64,000 nucleotides of DNA from an uncultured Planctomycetales bacterium. GTDB lineage: Bacteria; Omnitrophota; Gorgyraeia; Zapsychrales; JBDRMG01. The DNA is taken from assembly GCA_964478715.1 (NCBI GenBank), contig CAYZIY010000008.1, positions 17,704 to 81,703 on the forward strand, given 5' to 3'. The notes under the pieces are model-generated. The model was given only the letters and a program-made list of their open reading frames with translations, had not been told where the DNA came from and ran no database searches. The translations under genes and the position numbers were made by a program. Of this stretch, positions 9,138 through 16,930 are shown piece by piece (position 1 is the first letter of the stretch; the number at the start of each line of letters is the position of its first letter).

Positions 9138-10016
9138 ATGAAACAAAAATGGCCGGCTAAATTATTCTTATTTCTCTTAATATTGTTCGGCGTGAGTGTT
9201 ATTTTACTCCACAATCCGAGGACCCATATTCCCATCTATTATGCTGCCCAAGATCTTCGAATAGAAAATCTCTGCCAAGAGGATGTTCAGCCAAGCGCCT
9301 ACAGTCAAAGCCTGGAATCCGCCATCCTCGGAAACTGGGTCTATGTGCCGCAGATGTCTGATTCCTCACAACTGATTAGCTGGCATCATTTTCATTTTCA
9401 AGAAAATGGAAAGGTTCAGTTTTCGTTTAAGATAAAAGACACCAATGCAAAAATTCAACAAAAGGGCGAGTATCAATTCTGTCATCGGGGATCTGCCCGG
9501 CGATATCCGGGTCGAAGTCCTCACATTATGATTACGGTTAACAGTTTGATCGACAGAAAAAATAAGCTTCCGTTATTTGATGTTCGCATTGGTCTGGATT
9601 CCCGTTTTCCGGTATCGAAGGATATCCTGTCCTTTCAAGATAGTGATGGAAAACAACATTTTTTTATTCAAGAACAGAAAAACTCATTAAATAGCATCTT
9701 ACTTGAGACGATTCAAACCAATTTGGTTCCTGATAAGGGAAGCGTTTACCACATTGTCATGACTTTTCAGCTTCACGAAACGCATCAGCCGGGACCCAAA
9801 GAAGCGGATACGTTTATCGCCTGGAGGCTTGCTAATGAATTTGTCTTCAGGACATCTTTAAGGGACCGCTATATTCTGCCTTCTGAAAACGCCGGACCAT
9901 TAAAGAACGAGGGTGAATTCGAAGTTGTCTTTAAAGAGAAGAACCAAAGACGGCCTTTAACCGTGCGGGTAAATATTTTGAAAAATGAAGTGTCTATTGT
10001 TCAACACGGTTTTTGA
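9138..10016 (+). CDS. Secreted or membrane-anchored hypothetical protein
   Basis: N-terminal signal/anchor 'AKLFLFLLILFGVSVILL'. No recognisable domain. Confidence 0.5.
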   Translation: MKQKWPAKLFLFLLILFGVSVILLHNPRTHIPIYYAAQDLRIENLCQEDVQPSAYSQSLESAILGNWVYVPQMSDSSQLISWHHFHFQENGKVQFSFKIKDTNAKIQQKGEYQFCHRGSARRYPGRSPHIMITVNSLIDRKNKLPLFDVRIGLDSRFPVSKDILSFQDSDGKQHFFIQEQKNSLNSILLETIQTNLVPDKGSVYHIVMTFQLHETHQPGPKEADTFIAWRLANEFVFRTSLRDRYILPSENAGPLKNEGEFEVVFKEKNQRRPLTVRVNILKNEVSIVQHGF

Positions 10017-10056
10017 GCAGTTGTCCTTAAGCAGAGAGTTGATGCTCTAACTCAGT

Positions 10057-10999
10057 TTGACAAACGGAGGTTTTCGGCGTCGAACGCCGACCAGATGGGC
10101 CATTGAAAGGATTTTTTCTATGGAAAATGTCCAAAACGCCATTAAGCTTTTGCACGACAAATTCGCCTCCTGGATGGAGACGGTCGTGGTGATGACGCCA
10201 AACTTTATTCTTTCGGTGATTGTTCTGATTCTGGCGCACTACCTGGCCCGAAAGGCCAAGGAGGTCGTGAAATCGCTCTTAAAGCATATTATCGATAATC
10301 AGGCGCTCATCAACTTTTTAGGCATGCTCTCCCATATCGGCGTATTTCTTCTAGGCGGACTTGTGGCCATCAAGATTCTTAACTTGGACCAGGTGATCTT
10401 TTCGGTTCTCGCCGGTGTGGGGATTGCCGGTTTGGCTGTGGGCTTTGCCTTTCAGGATGTGGCGGCCAACTTTATCGCGGGCATCGCGCTTGTGTTCAGA
10501 AAGGATTATCCGTTTCGCGTTGGCGATATCGTTGAGACCAATGATCACATGGGCGTGGTCGAAGAAATCAGCCTGAGGGATACCATGATCCGCACCTTTC
10601 AGGGGCAGTCGATTTTTATTCCCAATAAACTGATCTTTGAAAATGCGGTCAATAATTACAGTCTGTCAGGCCGCCGCCGGGTGGATTTAAGCGTCGGCAT
10701 TTCCTACGGGGATGACCTTCAAAAAGTCAAAAAGGTAGTGCACGAGATTATCACCGCAATGGATGCCCGCATCAAAGATGAAGAAGTCCATATTTACTTT
10801 GAGGAGTTCGGGGACAGCTCGATTAATTTTTAGGTTCTTTTTTGGATCCCCTTTCAAAAGCAGGCCGATTTTCTATCCGCGCGTGATGAGGCCGTTATGC
10901 GCATCAAGAAGGCCTTTGACGAAAACGATATCACGATTCCGTTCCCGATTCGCACGCTGGATTTCGGCATCAAGGGCGGAACGACGCTGTCTCAGATGA
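10057..10999 (+). pseudogene. MscS-family mechanosensitive channel interrupted by an in-frame TAG at 10831-10833
   Basis: Frame 1 reads '...IYFEEFGDSSINF*VLFWIPFQKQADFLSARDEAVMRIKKAFDENDITIPFPIRTLDF...'. This lines up with the E. coli MscS block 'DSSINFVVRVW' across the stop and continues in the same frame to a TAA at 10997-10999. The likely true start is near 10121 (MENVQ). Confidence 0.55.
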
Positions 11000-11062
11000 C
11001 GGGTTCCGGAAATACGTTTAAGAAAAAGTAACAACCATTAACCTTTTGCAAAGGAGAAGGCG

Positions 11063-11950
11063 ATGCAAGTTGAACAGTATCTCGAAACCGTAGGACAGTG
11101 GGCGCTGACAAGCGGGGTACAGATTCTTTTTGTGCTTGTGCTTATGATTGTTGCGCTTAAGGCGGCTAATCTTGTGATTACCAAATTTCTGAAGCTTAAA
11201 AACGAAACCAATGATACAGAGCTGCAAAAGCGCGGCGACACTCTTCGCGGTATTGTCCGTTCGGTGTTAACGATTGTTATCTTTCTGATGGCCGGCATGA
11301 TGGTGTTGGAGAAACTCGGTATAGAAATCGGTCCCATTCTGGCGGCCGCTGGTGTGCTGGGCTTGGCGGTCGGCTTCGGCGCGCAAAAACTGGTTGAAGA
11401 TGTGATCAGCGGCTTTTTTATTCTATTGGAAGACCAGATCCGGGTCAATGACGTCGTTTCCATCAGCGGCACGGGCGGGCTGGTCGAGAAGGTGAACCTG
11501 CGCATGGTGGTTTTGCGCGATTTAGCCGGCAACGTGCATTACATCCGCAACGGCAATATCGGCATGGTGACCAATATGACCAAGGAATATTCCCGCTATG
11601 TTTTTGATATCGGCGTCGCCTACCGGGAAGATACCGACCAGGTCGTTGAGGTCATCAGGAAAATTGATGAAGAGCTGCGTCAGGACGAGAAGTTCAAGGA
11701 TTTGATTTTAGAGCCCATTGAAATCTTGGGGCTCGATCAATTTGCGGATTCCGCGGTCATTATCAAGGCGCGCACCAAGACCAAGCCGATTCATCAGTGG
11801 ACGGTAGGGCGCGAATTCAACCGGCGCTTAAAGAAAAAGTTTGATGAACTTAATATCGAAATCCCGTTTCCGCACATGACCGTTTACATGGGTGAGGATA
11901 AAAAAGGCCATGCCCCGGCGCTGAATGTGGCCGTTGATAAAAAGGAATAA
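11063..11950 (+). CDS. MscS-family small-conductance mechanosensitive channel
   Basis: Channel-gate region 'AAGVLGLAVGFGAQKLVEDVISGFFILLEDQIRVNDVV...GLVEKVNLRMVVLRDLAGNVHYIRNGNIG'. RBS 'aaggagaagg'. Confidence 0.85.
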   Translation: MQVEQYLETVGQWALTSGVQILFVLVLMIVALKAANLVITKFLKLKNETNDTELQKRGDTLRGIVRSVLTIVIFLMAGMMVLEKLGIEIGPILAAAGVLGLAVGFGAQKLVEDVISGFFILLEDQIRVNDVVSISGTGGLVEKVNLRMVVLRDLAGNVHYIRNGNIGMVTNMTKEYSRYVFDIGVAYREDTDQVVEVIRKIDEELRQDEKFKDLILEPIEILGLDQFADSAVIIKARTKTKPIHQWTVGREFNRRLKKKFDELNIEIPFPHMTVYMGEDKKGHAPALNVAVDKKE

Positions 11951-11956
11951 TGAGCC

Positions 11957-12550
11957 ATGGATACGACAAAACGCGATATCGTGATGGTGATTATTCTTGT
12001 AGCTGTTCTTATGGGATTATTTGCCCTTGATTTATTTCAAGGCAGGGAACAAGACAGTGATGGTGGAATTCCGCACGAAGAAATGCTTAAAAAGACGCCC
12101 GAAGACGAAGTCCTAACAGAATTCAATCGATACGCGCATGACGGTGATGAAGAAGAAATCCTTAATCTCCTCAATGAGGATGGCAAAGAGTATTATTTCA
12201 AATCAAAAGAAATACGGGCCAGGTATCCGGAGAGCAATCCGCGAAACCATTTCATTTTACAGGGCTACAGCCTGGATGAAATGGATGAGGAGGGGTATTT
12301 TCACCATTCGCCCGGAGACAGCGGGTTTGTGCCCAATCCAGTACTCTATGATGATATTCCGCAAGAGATTCCTCGACGTTTTTATCGTTATGTCAAGGAT
12401 TGCGCAACGCATGTGACAACCCACAGACAAGTGCTTTATGCGGAAACCGGTTATGCTAATTTCATTGGCCGCAACCGTTATCAAGAGCAGTGCATTAAGG
12501 ACGGCTCATTTGATAATTATTATGTTGAGAGTCTAGAGAAGCTGGAATAA
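11957..12550 (+). CDS. Hypothetical protein with an N-terminal membrane anchor
   Basis: TM segment 'IVMVIILVAVLMGLFAL' followed by an acidic soluble domain. Confidence 0.5.
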   Translation: MDTTKRDIVMVIILVAVLMGLFALDLFQGREQDSDGGIPHEEMLKKTPEDEVLTEFNRYAHDGDEEEILNLLNEDGKEYYFKSKEIRARYPESNPRNHFILQGYSLDEMDEEGYFHHSPGDSGFVPNPVLYDDIPQEIPRRFYRYVKDCATHVTTHRQVLYAETGYANFIGRNRYQEQCIKDGSFDNYYVESLEKLE

Positions 12551-12768
12551 AAAAGCCTCTTTTTTAGTTTCACTTTTTCATAAATAGGCGCGTCAAATAA
12601 GGGGAGGAGATTGGGGACAATGAATTGAAATTGATAACGGGAAGCAGATAGCACAAAGGTATGAAGTATCTAATGAGCGTAGTATTAGTGAATATTTAAG
12701 AAGATTAAAATCAAAGGCTTCGCGGGATAAGAAATTGCAAAGAAAAATAGAAGCATTCATGAAATGTT

Positions 12769-12795
12769 GTCAAGTTGAGACTTGACCCCGTACAC
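12769..12795. repeat. Partial copy of the palindromic repeat family (GTCAAG-hairpin + CCCCGTACAC)
   Basis: Sequence 'gtcaagttgagacttgaccccgtacac' shares the 'gacttgaccccgtacac' end with the repeats at 14124-14217 and 14572-14640. Confidence 0.6.
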
Positions 12796-12930
12796 TTGTG
12801 TGTCCCTTTTATCCTTTTATCTGCACCCCATACTTGTCCCCTAGGCGAAATAGGGGAAGTTAATTAACCCCGTTTCGTTCAATAGACGGAGCGGGGATTC
12901 TTTGTGATATTTTTATTGTGAAATATTAAA

Positions 12931-12958
12931 TTGACAATTTCAATTATCATGGTATAGT
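12931..12958 (+). promoter_or_regulatory. Sigma70-like promoter (TTGACA-16-TATAGT) driving a leaderless AAA-ATPase mRNA
   Basis: TTGACA at 12931-12936 and TATAGT at 12953-12958. The ATG at 12965 lies exactly 7 nt downstream of the -10 element. Confidence 0.55.
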
Positions 12959-12964
12959 TAAAAC

Positions 12965-14122
12965 ATGATAGACAGAGCTTATTATAAGAAATATATTAAA
13001 AAAGCGCTTGGCAGAAGCCGAGCGGTGGCATTGCTTGGTCCACGCCAATGCGGTAAGACTACGCTTGCTCGCCAAATAGTAGATATTCGTTCACCAAATT
13101 ATTTTGATCTTGAAGATCCATCAACGCTTATTGGTTTTGAGGATCCTAAAACAACTCTTGAGCAATTGAAGGGCGTTGTTGTAATTGATGAGGTGCAACG
13201 TCGTCCAGACGTGTTCCCTGTTTTTCGTGTTTTGTTGGATCGTGTGCCGCTACCAGCCAAGTTTTTAATTTTAGGAAGCGCATCCCCGGATTTATTAAAG
13301 CAGTCTTCCGAATCATTGGCCGGACGACTTGAGCTGATTGAAATGGAAGGCTTCGGGCTATCTGAAGTTGGCGAAAAGAAACAAATGCGGCTTTGGAACA
13401 GAGGGGGCTTTCCTTTGTCATTTCTGGCCAAGAATGATGAGGACAGTTTGGTATGGCGGGTTGACTTTATTCGAACTTTTCTTGAGCGGGATCTTCGCGA
13501 AGCGCAGGGGCTTGATGTGCCGGTGGTAACACTGCATAAATTTTGGATCATGCTGGCGCATAGTCATGGGAAGATTTGGAATGCTTCACCATTTGCGGCA
13601 TCACTTGGGTTGACTCATCCGACAGTGCGCAAATATTTGGATATTTTGACAGGTTTATTTATGGTTCGTCAGCTGCAGCCTTGGTATGCCAATATCAAAA
13701 AGCGTCAGGTTAAGTCTCCTAAAATTTATATTCGAGATACAGGGCTTTTGCATGCTTTGATTGGAATTAATACTGAACAGGAATTGCCTCGTCATCCGAT
13801 TTGTGGTTCATCGTGGGAGGGGTTTGTTATTGAGGAAATCATCCGTTCAGTTGAGCCGCATGATGTTTATTATTGGGCAACGCATCAGGGAGCGGAAATT
13901 GATTTAGTATTTTTTAAAGGTGGGAAAATGTATGGAGTTGAAGTTAAACGCGCTGACGCACCGACCATGACCAAGTCGATTGAAACAGCTCTTGAATGTT
14001 TGGATGTAGAGCGTATTGCGGTCATTTATCCTGGAACACGGCGTTATTCAATCCATAAACAAGTTGATGTCGTGCCGTTTGATGAAATTCAGAGCGGGAT
14101 GAAGGGGTTGTTTAAAGCATAA
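12965..14122 (+). CDS. AAA+ ATPase of the DUF4143 family (AAA_14 + DUF4143 architecture)
   Basis: Walker A 'LLGPRQCGKTTLA' and Walker B 'VVVIDEVQ'. The C-terminal part is typical of DUF4143-containing ATP-binding proteins, which are common in mobile and defence contexts. Confidence 0.75.
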   Translation: MIDRAYYKKYIKKALGRSRAVALLGPRQCGKTTLARQIVDIRSPNYFDLEDPSTLIGFEDPKTTLEQLKGVVVIDEVQRRPDVFPVFRVLLDRVPLPAKFLILGSASPDLLKQSSESLAGRLELIEMEGFGLSEVGEKKQMRLWNRGGFPLSFLAKNDEDSLVWRVDFIRTFLERDLREAQGLDVPVVTLHKFWIMLAHSHGKIWNASPFAASLGLTHPTVRKYLDILTGLFMVRQLQPWYANIKKRQVKSPKIYIRDTGLLHALIGINTEQELPRHPICGSSWEGFVIEEIIRSVEPHDVYYWATHQGAEIDLVFFKGGKMYGVEVKRADAPTMTKSIETALECLDVERIAVIYPGTRRYSIHKQVDVVPFDEIQSGMKGLFKA

Positions 14123-14123
14123 A

Positions 14124-14217
14124 ATGTAGGGTCAAAATGTAGGGTCAAGTCTCTACTTGACTACATGTTAAAGGTGTAGTCATGTAGAGACCTGACCCCG
14201 TACATGACCCCGTACAC
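14124..14217. repeat. Composite self-palindromic repeat, copy A
   Basis: Sequence 'atgtagggtcaaaatgtagggtcaagtctctacttgactacatgttaaaggtgtagtcatgtagagacctgaccccgtacatgaccccgtacac'. Its 69-bp core is near-identical (2 mismatches) to 14572-14640, and its two halves are reverse complements of each other. Confidence 0.8.
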
Positions 14218-14236
14218 TTCTTTTATGGGCATCTTA

Positions 14237-14260
14237 GGGGTCAAGTCTCGACTTGACCCC
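14237..14260. repeat. Perfect hairpin 'ggggtcaagtctcgacttgacccc', related to the repeat core
   Basis: A 10-bp stem of the same GGGGTCAAGT/ACTTGACCCC motif. Confidence 0.7.
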
Positions 14261-14571
14261 ATTAATTATACAGGCGAGAATTCTACGGCGTCTTTGCCTT
14301 CTAAAAAACTCCCACACGAACTGTGGCACAGAAATGCGCCGGTTCGCGTGGGAGTAACATATGGGGTCGGTTCATCAACGCCCTTGACTTCATTTATTTA
14401 ATTCCAGAGAAGTCAAGGACTGTACCTGTTTCTTCTATAATATCAAAATTCATGTTTATGGAAAATAGGTACGATTTTAGAACGAGTTTAATTAACCTTG
14501 AGCCAGCTTATGGATAAATTCAGAAATAAAAGTTTGGTATTTCACTCCGTATCTTTTTGCTTTTTGCTTAA

Positions 14572-14640
14572 ATGTAGGGTCAAGTCTCTACTTGACTACA
14601 TATTAAAGGTGTAGTCATGTAGAGACTTGACCCCGTACAC
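14572..14640. repeat. Self-palindromic repeat, copy B
   Basis: Sequence 'atgtagggtcaagtctctacttgactacatattaaaggtgtagtcatgtagagacttgaccccgtacac'. Confidence 0.8.
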
Positions 14641-14779
14641 TCATTGTTTATATAGATTCATGTAAGTCCAAATTAAGATTTAAAAAAAACCTAACACATC
14701 CTATAATGGTGTGAGCGACAACTCATAACCATAACAAGGGAGAAGGCTTCAGGACACTCTGAAAGGGGCACCCTAATCC

Positions 14780-14830
14780 TTGACAACCCCCTAAATTTAC
14801 TTAAAATAAGTACGTACTCAGGTACGTACT
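14780..14830 (+). promoter_or_regulatory. Promoter TTGACA-16-TAAAAT followed by two tandem palindromic operator sites
   Basis: TTGACA at 14780-14785 and TAAAAT at 14802-14807. The perfect palindromes AGTACGTACT (14809-14818) and gGTACGTACT (14821-14830) overlap the expected transcription start of the AbrB-like ORF. Confidence 0.6.
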
Positions 14831-14837
14831 TTCTATC

Positions 14838-15005
14838 ATGCCTACTAAAGAACACATTCGAAAACTGACTGTGACCGGTGCCAATAACACATATTATTTG
14901 ACCTTGCCCAAGGATGTTATCCGCGAACTCAAGTGGAAAAAGGGTGAGAAGAAGGTTATCCGCCTGGATGGCAAACAGATCATCATCGAAGACTGGCACA
15001 AATAG
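14838..15005 (+). CDS. AbrB/MazE/SpoVT-type (swapped-hairpin) DNA-binding protein, 55 aa; antitoxin-like autoregulator
   Basis: Translation 'MPTKEHIRKLTVTGANNTYYLTLPKDVIRELKWKKGEKKVIRLDGKQIIIEDWHK'. It is below the 60-aa track cut-off and is preferred over the antisense 112-aa ORF 14691..15029. It has its own promoter/operator and a terminator. Confidence 0.6.
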   Translation: MPTKEHIRKLTVTGANNTYYLTLPKDVIRELKWKKGEKKVIRLDGKQIIIEDWHK

Positions 15006-15106
15006 TCCCATTCTAGAGTAATTCCTCACCGCCGTTAATTATTTGCCACAGACAGAGAATCCTGCTTGCTAAAAAAGAGGAATCCTGCTAGAGTAAAGGA
15101 TGAAAA

Positions 15107-15137
15107 GATTAGTGCCCCCAGAGGCACTAATCTTTCT
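15107..15137 (+). terminator. Rho-independent terminator
   Basis: Hairpin 'gattagtgcc-cccaga-ggcactaatc' followed by 'tttct'. Confidence 0.7.
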
Positions 15138-15166
15138 AGTCTAAGGTCTTGTTAAAGGAGAACGGA

Positions 15167-16003
15167 ATGAAAAAGACGATCCCCTTAACCGAATCCGGTT
15201 ACATCAAACTTCTCAAGGACATTCGCGTCATCATCGAAGAAGGCAGGGAGCGCGCCGCGCAGGCCGCCGGCAAAGAGCTTGTGAAAACCTACTGGGCCAT
15301 CGGCAAGCGTATCTGCGAACAAGGGCTTTTGGAGCAAGCCGGCTACGGCGAATCCATTTTAGAGGATTTGTCCGATGAGCTCGATATTGATCTTACAACT
15401 TTAAAGCGTTGTATTTATTTTTTTCAGACTTATCCCAGCGATCCCGGAGGCACCAATCTCAACTGGTCCCATTACCGCGCGCTCATTACGCTTGCCGACA
15501 ATGAGGAGCGCTGTTTTTACGAATCACTTACCCAAAATGAAAAACTTACCGCCAAACAGCTCCACAAAGCCATCAAAGAAGACAAGTACGAAAAACACAA
15601 AAAATCCAAAGGCAAAAAAACATCAAACAAAACAAAAATCAAACGCCCCGATGAGCCGACCTACATCTACAAGGCCCTGGTGGACCGCGTGATTGACGGC
15701 GACACGCTGCTCCTTCGGTTTGATCTGGGCTTTCAGGTGTGGAAAGAGCAGCGCATCCGCCTGGCTGAAATTGACTGTCCGGCCATGGATGAGCCTAAAG
15801 GTAAAGAGGCCTTTCAATTTGTTCGCGACAAGCTTGCCCAGGCACCCTTTGTGATGGTCAAAACCAATAAAATCGATGTGTACGGCCGCTACATCGGTCA
15901 CGTCTTTTATTCCCTTAAGAATCTCAGCAAAGAGGATGTGTTCTTAAAAGGCATCTACCTGAATCAAGAACTTTTGGGCCGAGGTCTGGCCAGGATTTTG
16001 TAG
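15167..16003 (+). CDS. Fusion of the DUF1016 (YhcG-like) N-terminal domain with a staphylococcal-nuclease (SNase/thermonuclease) domain
   Basis: The N-terminus 'YWAIGKRI...NLNWSHYRALITLADNEERCFYE' matches the DUF1016 N-domain. The C-terminus 'VIDGDTLLLRF...RIRLAEIDCPAMDEPKGKEAF...DVYGRYIGHVF...LNQELLGRGLARI' matches SNase (IDGDT, R..IDxPE, DxYGR). RBS 'aaaggag' precedes ATG 15167. The track ORF starts at TTG 15149. Confidence 0.7.
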   Translation: MKKTIPLTESGYIKLLKDIRVIIEEGRERAAQAAGKELVKTYWAIGKRICEQGLLEQAGYGESILEDLSDELDIDLTTLKRCIYFFQTYPSDPGGTNLNWSHYRALITLADNEERCFYESLTQNEKLTAKQLHKAIKEDKYEKHKKSKGKKTSNKTKIKRPDEPTYIYKALVDRVIDGDTLLLRFDLGFQVWKEQRIRLAEIDCPAMDEPKGKEAFQFVRDKLAQAPFVMVKTNKIDVYGRYIGHVFYSLKNLSKEDVFLKGIYLNQELLGRGLARIL

Positions 16004-16084
16004 AGAAGCCTGCGCGGTTGTGCACCAATTAACGCCGTCATGTCGGATAAAATTCCCCGAAGCTGGAAAGCGGTGAAATATCTA

Positions 16085-16186
16085 TTACCAAACAGATCTA
16101 AGAAAATTGATTATTTTGTTTGGCAATAATGCGCTTGACACAAGTTACCAAACAAGATACACTATTAATGACGGAATGTTTGGTAA
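16085..16186 (+). promoter_or_regulatory. Two inverted-repeat operators (TTACCAAACA-N22-TGTTTGGYAA, twice) bracketing a TTGACA promoter
   Basis: IR1 arms are at 16085-16094 and 16117-16126. IR2 arms are at 16145-16154 and 16177-16186. TTGACA lies at 16135-16140 between them. The site sits upstream of the ORF at 16204. Confidence 0.55.
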
Positions 16187-16203
16187 TTCAAACGGAGGGT
16201 GCC

Positions 16204-16524
16204 ATGGGGCTTATCAAGGGTGTTCTTAGAGAAGAGCTTGAAAATTCGCTGAAACTAAAAAAGGTCTATGAAGAAGCCTTAAAGAAGTATCGGGGTGGAA
16301 GCCTTATTAAGAAGAACATCAGAGGACACTTGTATTACTATTTAGCTTATCGCGACGGATCGAAGGTCAAGTTTATTTATCAGGGAAAGAAGCCGTCAAA
16401 AGAATTCTTGGCAGAGTACAAAAAATCAAAGAAGCTACGAAAAAAATACAAAAAGTTAATAAAAGAACTAAATAGTCGTATTAAATACTTAAAAAAAGTG
16501 CTTAATGGGAAAGAAGACGTTTAA
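16204..16524 (+). CDS. Small lysine-rich hypothetical protein (106 aa)
   Basis: Start at ATG 16204 (MGLIKGVL) with RBS 'ggaggg'. The ORF-track start at 16120 lies inside the operator region. C-terminal 'KKLRKKYKKLIKELNSRIKYLKK' is a basic helix. Confidence 0.5.
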   Translation: MGLIKGVLREELENSLKLKKVYEEALKKYRGGSLIKKNIRGHLYYYLAYRDGSKVKFIYQGKKPSKEFLAEYKKSKKLRKKYKKLIKELNSRIKYLKKVLNGKEDV

Positions 16525-16528
16525 TCTC

Positions 16529-16930
16529 TGCCTCGAAGTATTGCGCCGGCTTAATCAAGCAGGGGTTTTGTCGCATGTTATTCTCATTGGCAGGGGGTTT
16601 CTTGAAGATTATTATGGGTCTAAAGGTTATGTCAAATTAGCACACCCGGATTTAACAATCGAATTTCTTGTTTGAGAGAAAGGACGAGGGACGGATAAGC
16701 CATATTTGATAAATCAATTGTCTATTAACGCTCAACCATTGCGTTTTCTAGATTTCCTTATTGAACATAGCTTATGGATCAAAGCAGAAGGTTTTCATAT
16801 TCGCCACCTCATCCGGCCGCTTATGCCTTACACAAATTTCTTATTTTTTAAAGACGTCGAGGATTAGATAAAAAACAGCGTGATACTGAACAGGCTTTGA
16901 GAATATTCGGGGAACTAGTAAGAACTGATC
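16529..16930 (+). pseudogene. Possible decayed nucleotidyltransferase-fold gene (frameshifted fragments)
   Basis: Fragment 'CLEVLRRLNQAGVLSHVILIGRGFLEDYYGSKGYVKLAHPDLTIEFLV*' resembles the N-terminus of minimal nucleotidyltransferases. Further in-frame pieces ('RGTDKPYLINQ...', 'RRRGLDKKQRDTEQALRIFGELVRTDRA') follow in shifted frames with stops. Confidence 0.3.

Noticed and set aside
10763-10999. A 78-aa frame-2 ORF that might be taken as a separate gene after MscS
   Set aside because: The MscS homology continues in frame 1, not frame 2, across a single TAG. The frame-2 ORF is an Arg-rich shadow.
12600-12760. Possible small ORFs in the AT-rich segment upstream of the AAA ATPase
   Set aside because: Every frame is broken by stops within 30 codons. 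I treated it as a non-coding flank or cargo boundary of the island.
14691-15029. A 112-aa minus-strand ORF in the track
   Set aside because: The opposite strand carries a 55-aa AbrB-like ORF with a consensus promoter, palindromic operators and a terminator. The minus-strand ORF has no signals and no recognisable fold.
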